33,669 nucleotides of DNA from the NCBI GenBank assembly GCA_032128375.1, contig JAQBGU010000111.1, positions 1 through 33,669 of the forward strand, in the 5' to 3' direction. Position 1 is the first letter of the stretch; each line of letters opens with the position of its first letter. Made by a program: the position numbers and the translations under genes. Source of the DNA: Deltaproteobacteria bacterium (lineage in GTDB: Bacteria > Myxococcota_A > UBA9160 > SMWR01). This document shows positions 29,501 to 33,669 of the stretch, one piece after another. The notes beneath the pieces were generated by a model that had not been told where the DNA came from, did not search any database, and saw only the letters and a program-made list of their open reading frames with translations.

Positions 29501-30050
29501 CGAAGAGTTCAATTCGTTCCTGATGTATCCGAAGGTCTTCAGCGACTACATCGCCTTCGCACGCAAGTACAGCGCCGTCGATGTACTACCCACCTCGACG
29601 TTCTTCTACGGCATGACCGTTGGAGAGGAGATCACGGTCGATATCGAACCGGGCAAGACCTTGATCATCAGCTGCCAAGCCGTCGGTGAAACCGAAGAAG
29701 ACGGGTCCGTGAAGGTCTTCTTCGAACTCAACGGCCAACCGCGCGCCGCCAAGGTCCCTTTTCACGCCGCCGCCGATCAACTACCGGAACGCCGTCGCGC
29801 CGAGCCCGGCAATGATGCCCATGTGGCAGCTCCCATGCCGGGAATGGTCGCGAGTGTCGCGGTGACCGAAGGGCAGCGCGTGTCGGCCGGAGACGTGTTG
29901 TTGTCGATCGAAGCGATGAAAATGGAAACCGCGATCCACGCCGAGCGCGATGGCGTCATCCAGAGCATCGTCACACCGCACGGTACCCAGGTGGACGCAA
30001 AGGACCTGCTGATCGAACTGGCCCCGATCGGTGCAGCGAGCGAGCCGTAA
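26577..30050 (+). CDS. pyc: Pyruvate carboxylase (single-chain BC-CT-BCCP)
   Basis: ANRGEIA, HPGYGFLSEN, GGGGRGMR, FIEVNPRIQVEH, RDAHQSL, KDMAG, HFHTHD, VTPTSKVVGD and the biotin site EAMKME. Confidence 0.98.
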   Translation: MAKRTIRKLLVANRGEIAIRVMRGANELRIRTVAIYANEDRLSLHRFKADEAYQVGHTLGPVKAYLSIEEMMRVAREVGCDAIHPGYGFLSENPDFADACVDAGVLFIGPPSRVMRTLGNKLSARALAERAGVPVMPATGPLRDDIGEIRTLAAAVGYPVMLKASWGGGGRGMRVIESEATLEAEVTSGRREAAASFDNDEVYLEKLVRRARHVEVQLLADTHGNLVHLYERDCTVQRRHQKVVERAPAPYLDDQQRQQLCDAALSIAREADYVNAGTVEFLMDADTDAFYFIEVNPRIQVEHTVTEQVTGIDIVKAQIRIAQGARIGDVAESGVPEQADIKLNGNALQCRITTEDPEANFIPDYGRITAYRGATGFGVRLDGGTAYSGAVITRYYDSLLEKVTTWAPTAEEAVIRMDRALREFRIRGVATNRAFVENLINHKCFAAGDYTTRFIDDTPELFHFPARRDRATKLLTFIADVIVNGNPAVAGRPKPANPSNPSPPAVAAGTAQRGTRDLLDELGPERFSQWMLDRSEVLVTDTAMRDAHQSLLATRMRSYDIWKVGRAYSQLLPELFSLECWGGATFDVSMRFLKECPWNRLRGLREQIPNILFQMLLRGANGVGYTNYPDNVIQSFVAQAANSGIDLFRVFDSLNWVENMRVSMDAVLESGKLLEGAICYTGDMLDPNRPKYDLDYYLTMARELKAAGCHIIGVKDMAGLCKPNAAELLIGCIKRETGLPVHFHTHDTSGISAASVLAAVHAGADAVDAACDALSGTTSQPNLGSIVEALRGTERDTGLDVRRVREISDYWERVRSNYTAFETDQRFGASEVYMHEMPGGQFTNLKEQARRLGLEGDWHKVASTYAEVNRMFGDIVKVTPTSKVVGDMALMMVSAGLTPEEVENPNREVAFPDSVVAFFRGEMGQPAGGFPKALSEKVLKGETPLTDRPGATLAPADLTTLREEADTIAARPVSDEEFNSFLMYPKVFSDYIAFARKYSAVDVLPTSTFFYGMTVGEEITVDIEPGKTLIISCQAVGETEEDGSVKVFFELNGQPRAAKVPFHAAADQLPERRRAEPGNDAHVAAPMPGMVASVAVTEGQRVSAGDVLLSIEAMKMETAIHAERDGVIQSIVTPHGTQVDAKDLLIELAPIGAASEP

Positions 30051-30106
30051 GGTCTGCGATCGGGTCGCTGGATGCATCGATTGACTGCGCGACCTACGGG
30101 ATCGCC

Positions 30107-30172
30107 ATGACGAACATGCGCTTCAATCACATGGAACTCACCTTCTCCCGCGGCAGGCTCGACACCTCGAGA
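30107..30172 (+). pseudogene. Possible 5' stub of a VOC/glyoxalase-like gene
   Basis: MTNMRFNHMELTFSRG resembles the first beta-strand (N-H-x-x-L) of VOC proteins. Coding-like sense is lost where the convergent LLM gene ends (30174). Confidence 0.35.
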
Positions 30173-30173
30173 C

Positions 30174-31055
30174 TCAGAACGCTGCGATCAGGGATTCGGC
30201 TACCTCCAACTCCGCGAGGTCTGCGGTCGCCGGGACGAGCACGATCTGGTCGACGCCGAGTCCTGCGAACGACTCCATCGACTCACGAACCGTATCAGGT
30301 GTGCAGCGTGTCATCGATTTGGCGACCGCGCTGGCGATCTTCTCGCCTGCGACTTGCAGATACTCGTAGACGTACCTGCGCAGACGATTTTCCGCATCCG
30401 GCGCGAGCGAATACCAGAAGCCTGCCCACTTGATTGGCGGCTGGTCTCGCCCCGCCTCGCGCCAGGCTGCGTCGGCCATGTCCAGCATCCGCTTGGCATC
30501 GGCGGCTTCACCGTTGAGCGAAAAGACATACACCCCGTCGGCCCATTGTGCGGCGCGGCGCATCGCCTTGGGTCCCATCACGCCTGCCATGATCGGCACA
30601 CCGTCGGGCTGAACGGGTCGCGGGCCGATTTCGTCGCACCCCTCGAACGGAGGTTCCCCGGCCCAGATCCCGCGCATCTGCGCGACTTGTTCATCCATTC
30701 GCTGGTAGCGATTCGAATAGTCGGCACTGACGGCGCGGTAGTCGTTCTCGCGACCGCCCACGCCCACGGTCAGGGTCACGCGACCACCGGATACGACGTC
30801 GAGCGTAGCGATCTCTTTGGCGGCCCAGACCGCATTGTGCATCGGAAGCACATACAGCGAGGGAACGATCCGAACCCGCCCGGTCACTGCGGCTGCGGCC
30901 GCCAACAGCACTCTCATCTCGCAGGTCGGGCCGATGATCCGTTCGCCACACTGAAGGCTCGCAAACGCGCCTTCGTCTGCCTTTCGGCTGAAACTCAGGA
31001 TCGCGTTCCGGTCGTAGTGGCGCTTCATATAGGGGAGACAAACACCAAACTCCAT
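30174..31055 (-). CDS. LLM class oxidoreductase
   Basis: MEFGVCLP, GERI, AKEIATLDVVSGGRVTLTVGVGGRENDY, GPRPVQ and RRAAQWADG motifs; GGAGG RBS. Confidence 0.9.
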   Translation of the reverse strand: MEFGVCLPYMKRHYDRNAILSFSRKADEGAFASLQCGERIIGPTCEMRVLLAAAAAVTGRVRIVPSLYVLPMHNAVWAAKEIATLDVVSGGRVTLTVGVGGRENDYRAVSADYSNRYQRMDEQVAQMRGIWAGEPPFEGCDEIGPRPVQPDGVPIMAGVMGPKAMRRAAQWADGVYVFSLNGEAADAKRMLDMADAAWREAGRDQPPIKWAGFWYSLAPDAENRLRRYVYEYLQVAGEKIASAVAKSMTRCTPDTVRESMESFAGLGVDQIVLVPATADLAELEVAESLIAAF

Positions 31056-31108
31056 GATTCCTCCGCGCGCCTCGGCGCGCCTTGATTCGATCCGGCACTG
31101 ATTTCAAT

Positions 31109-31120
31109 TCGAACGTTCGA
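31109..31120. promoter_or_regulatory. Perfect 12-bp palindrome in a divergent intergenic region (candidate operator)
   Basis: TCGAACGTTCGA next to an AT-rich patch (ATTTCAAT), between the divergent LLM and amidohydrolase genes. Confidence 0.35.
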
Positions 31121-31329
31121 TGCTCTCGAAACCCCGCGCTCGCCGAGGGTCGGATCTCGCGCCCTCCCCTGTCCTTGCGACTCAACCCAAAGCGCGCCAC
31201 TTCACCGCACATCGGTCGCAGCCACTATAACGTGACTGAGCGGAGCCAAAATTGACGAGCAGGAACAGAACTTGCCTGTTCGTCCGGGTTGTGCGAACGA
31301 TCCCGGTACAGCCAGCAAGGAGCAAGATC

Positions 31330-32625
31330 GTGAGCCATTCGAACGACACGGCCGGGACGGCCAATCCCGAAACGACTGGGGCCACACGTCCCTACGTCGC
31401 GGTCACCGCTGATGCCCATGCAGGCGCCTCGGTCGAGATGTATCGCGAGTATCTCGATCCCGGATATCGGGAAGACTTCGACGCGTGGCGCACCGGTTAT
31501 CGCAACCCATCGAGAAAACCTTCCAGCGCCAAGAACAGCAGCAAGAAGACCCGAAACTGGAATTCCGCCCAACGCGTGGAAGACCTCGAAGGCGACGGAG
31601 TGGTCGCCGAAGTCGCGTTCCCCAACACGGTCCCACCGTTCTACGACAAGGCATTCCATATTTCTCCGCCACCCAAGCCCGAACAATACGAGCGCTGGCG
31701 AGCCGGGACGCGCGCCCACAACCGTTGGCTGGCGGATTTTTGCGCCGAGGCAAAGGGTCGCCGCGCGGGGATCGGCCTGATCCACGTAAACGATATTGAT
31801 GATGCCATCGAGGACGTGAAGTGGATCGCCGAACACGGGTTGGCGGGAGGCGTGTTGCTGCCGCTGCCCGCGCTCGACGACACCCACCTGGCTCCCCTGT
31901 ACTCCCCAAAGTACGACCCGCTGTGGGCGGTTATTCAGGATTGCGACCTGGTCATGAACAATCACTCCGGTCAGGGCTCGCCCGACTACGGCAGCGACCC
32001 CGGTGGCGACGCGATGTGGGTGCTGGAAATGCCATTCTTCATTCAGCGCGGTTACACCCAGCTGATCCTTGGCGGTGTCTTCGAGCGCTTTCCGCGGCTT
32101 CGCTTCATCGTCACAGAATCAGGATGCGCGTGGGTGCCAGGACTACTCCGCCGGATGGATGGACTCCACATGGGCATGAAGGCGGGACTGATGGGCGAAG
32201 TAGACTACTCGAAGTCCGTCGTGCTTCCCGAGCCTCCAAGCTTCTACGCGAGACGCAACTGCTGGTACGGCGCGAGCTTTCCGCACCCCCAAGACATCAA
32301 GGATCGCGCCTTCGTCGGTATCGATCGCATCCTGTGGGGTAACGACTATCCGCACGTGGAGGGGTGCTATCCATACTCGAGAGAGAACATGCGGCTGGCA
32401 TTTTCGGATGTCGATCCCAGCGAGGTGCGGATGATGCTCGGCGAGAACGCGGCGAAGCTGTACGGCTTCGACCTCGATGCACTCACGCCCATAGCCGAGA
32501 ATCTTGGCATCACACACGAGCTGGTGTCAGTCCCGCTCGCAGAAATTCCGGCGGACTCGGCGTGCCCGACCTTCCAACGAGCGCGCTACGAAAAGCAGAT
32601 GGCGGCATCCAAACGGCCTGCGTAG
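31330..32625 (+). CDS. Amidohydrolase family protein (Amidohydro_2 type)
   Basis: ADAHAG, DGVVAEVAFPNT, HNRWLADFC, YDPLWA, NHSG, GVFERFPRLRFIVTESG and WGNDYPHVEG motifs. AAGGAG precedes GTG 31330. Confidence 0.92.
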   Translation: MSHSNDTAGTANPETTGATRPYVAVTADAHAGASVEMYREYLDPGYREDFDAWRTGYRNPSRKPSSAKNSSKKTRNWNSAQRVEDLEGDGVVAEVAFPNTVPPFYDKAFHISPPPKPEQYERWRAGTRAHNRWLADFCAEAKGRRAGIGLIHVNDIDDAIEDVKWIAEHGLAGGVLLPLPALDDTHLAPLYSPKYDPLWAVIQDCDLVMNNHSGQGSPDYGSDPGGDAMWVLEMPFFIQRGYTQLILGGVFERFPRLRFIVTESGCAWVPGLLRRMDGLHMGMKAGLMGEVDYSKSVVLPEPPSFYARRNCWYGASFPHPQDIKDRAFVGIDRILWGNDYPHVEGCYPYSRENMRLAFSDVDPSEVRMMLGENAAKLYGFDLDALTPIAENLGITHELVSVPLAEIPADSACPTFQRARYEKQMAASKRPA

Positions 32626-33525
32626 AGCATCAGGCTTCGAACCTGAGGGCGATCTGTGACCGATCAGGGAGCAGATCGTATCAGCGCCGCGCAGGGAACG
32701 GGGGTTCGCGGCCAAGCTTCGCTTGCCTGCGCAATCCGGCAAAGCCGGATCGCGGCCCTCCCGGCGCGCCATTGATTTCCAAGGTTGTACGGGTACTTGC
32801 GGCGATTTGTCGCTGTCGGAAACCACACCAACTTGTGTGCTGAGGTCACTTGTGGGGTCACTTTTTTCGCCGCCGAGTCGCGCGAGTAGGTCCGCGGGGA
32901 CCTCGCCGGGCTGGATGTTCATCGGTTCGCGGTAGCCGTCGCCCTCGATCCACCCCGCGTAGTGTCGGGCTGTCACGCTGACATCTGAGTGGCCAAGTTG
33001 AGACGACACGTAGCCGAGTTGTACGCCTGCGGTGAGCAGCTGCGATGCGAACGTGTCGCGCAGGTCCTTGATCGTACGGTGACCGATGTCGGCGCGCTTC
33101 AGGATGCGTCGCCACTCGCGCGTTCTGAAGTTCGAAACGTCGATGCCCGCGAGCACAAGATCCCGCGGTTGTGGGCTGGCGTCGTACGACTGATACAGCT
33201 CCAACAGACCCCATCGAAGTCGATGGGACAATGCAACGCGGCGCGAGCGGCCGCTCTTCGGTGCAGTGGGTTCGCCGCCACGTGGCCTCGCTTCTTCGAT
33301 TCTCAGCGCACGGTTCGGGTCTCGGTCATCCCCCCACTCGATCGCTTGCCACCGCAGACCGAGTGCTTCGCCGACACGCAAACCGCCATCGAGACACAAC
33401 AAGACCAGGATATGCGGAACGAACCCTTCGTCGAAAGCTGCCCGCACGAGGGCCTCTATTTGCTCCGGCTTTTCTACTGGCTTGATCGAGCGGCCGGGCG
33501 CGGCAGCCTGACGTGCACCCTTATT
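32527..33525 (-). pseudogene. Tyrosine recombinase/integrase, catalytic C-terminal part, cut at its 5' side by an IS
   Basis: GLRVGEALGLRW (R), PKSGRSRRV (K), IKDLRDTFAS (K-x-x-R instead of H-x-x-R), LGHSDVSVTARHY (H, Y). The frame points toward, and reads through, the tRNA 3' end (MARREG). Confidence 0.85.
32623..32771 (+). pseudogene. Disrupted tRNA-Arg(TCG) remnant / probable integrase attachment site
   Basis: Collinear tRNA pieces: TAGAGCA-TCAGG-CTTCGAA-CCTGA-GGG (32623-32649), C-GGGGG-TTCG (32699-32708) and CCCTC-CCGGCGC-G-CCA (32756-32771), separated by 49-nt and 47-nt inserts. The 5' acceptor strand and the 5' half of the D arm are absent. Confidence 0.8.
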
Positions 33526-33527
33526 AA

Positions 33528-33669
33528 TAGGACTCGCGAAAGAATAACTCCCGTTTTTCAGGCAGGTTCGATGGTGTAGTTCCACCTGGGTAGGGCGTCG
33601 TCCTTGCAAAGTGCGAGATCGCGCATCTGTTCATCGGTGATCTTCACTCCCTTCTTGTAGCGTCTGCGA
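33528..33669 (-). mobile_element. ISAzo13-family insertion sequence, right end (partial)
   Basis: Terminal-like sequence TAGGACTCGCGAAAGAATAAC abuts an AT-rich TATTAA target inside the integrase, ~30 bp beyond the transposase stop. Confidence 0.75.
33558..33669 (-). CDS. ISAzo13-family transposase C-terminus (partial, runs off the right edge)
   Basis: My translation gives RRRYKKGVKITDEQMRDLALCKDDALPRWNYTIEPA*. Y.KG.K..D..M and WNYTI.P are characteristic of the ISAzo13 C-terminus. Confidence 0.85.
   Translation of the reverse strand, partial: RRRYKKGVKITDEQMRDLALCKDDALPRWNYTIEPA

Noticed and set aside
27905..29689. Long alternative-frame and antisense ORFs (e.g. 594 aa within pyc, 450 aa opposite the sulfatase)
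   Set aside because: No family motifs, and the pyc one is strongly Arg-biased; expected from GC-rich codon usage.
32623..32771. Functional tRNA, group I intron-containing tRNA, or tRNA-Sec
   Set aside because: The 5' acceptor strand is missing, the inserts are far too short for group I introns, and the anticodon is TCG rather than TCA.
33528..33609. N-terminus of the 360-aa integrase ORF
   Set aside because: This stretch is the IS end and transposase tail read in another frame.

Overview
GC-rich (roughly 64% by eye) bacterial chromosomal segment dominated by catabolic and redox enzymes: three luciferase-like (LLM) oxidoreductases, a PPOX-class protein, an SDR, a PhyH-type dioxygenase, a sulfatase, a fused double family-III CoA transferase, a GST-like protein and an amidohydrolase. 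Core-like genes include recQ, ptrB, speB, an AGT-type aminotransferase, pyc and a MATE pump. This enzyme mix resembles Myxococcota/Binatia-type or Acidimicrobiia-type heterotrophs (inference only). The ORF track misses several signals. (1) Two adjacent ORFs at 21557-22348 are one PrdB/GrdB-like selenoprotein with an in-frame UGA (U-x-x-C) followed by a clean bacterial SECIS hairpin. (2) At 32623-32771 lies a 5'-truncated tRNA-Arg(UCG) broken by two ~48-nt hairpin inserts; it marks the likely attachment site of a tyrosine integrase that is itself interrupted by an ISAzo13-family element at the right edge. (3) There are two apparent domain fusions: helical TerB/Tic110-like repeats with dodecin, and a lipoprotein module with oligopeptidase B. 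(4) Several deletion scars are present: a TetR/Coq4-like head-to-head fusion, a frameshifted Asp-box propeller, a short VOC-like stub, and a PEP-utiliser lacking its ATP-grasp domain. (5) 12-bp tandem duplications recur across the window. All family calls come from motif recognition, not database searches.
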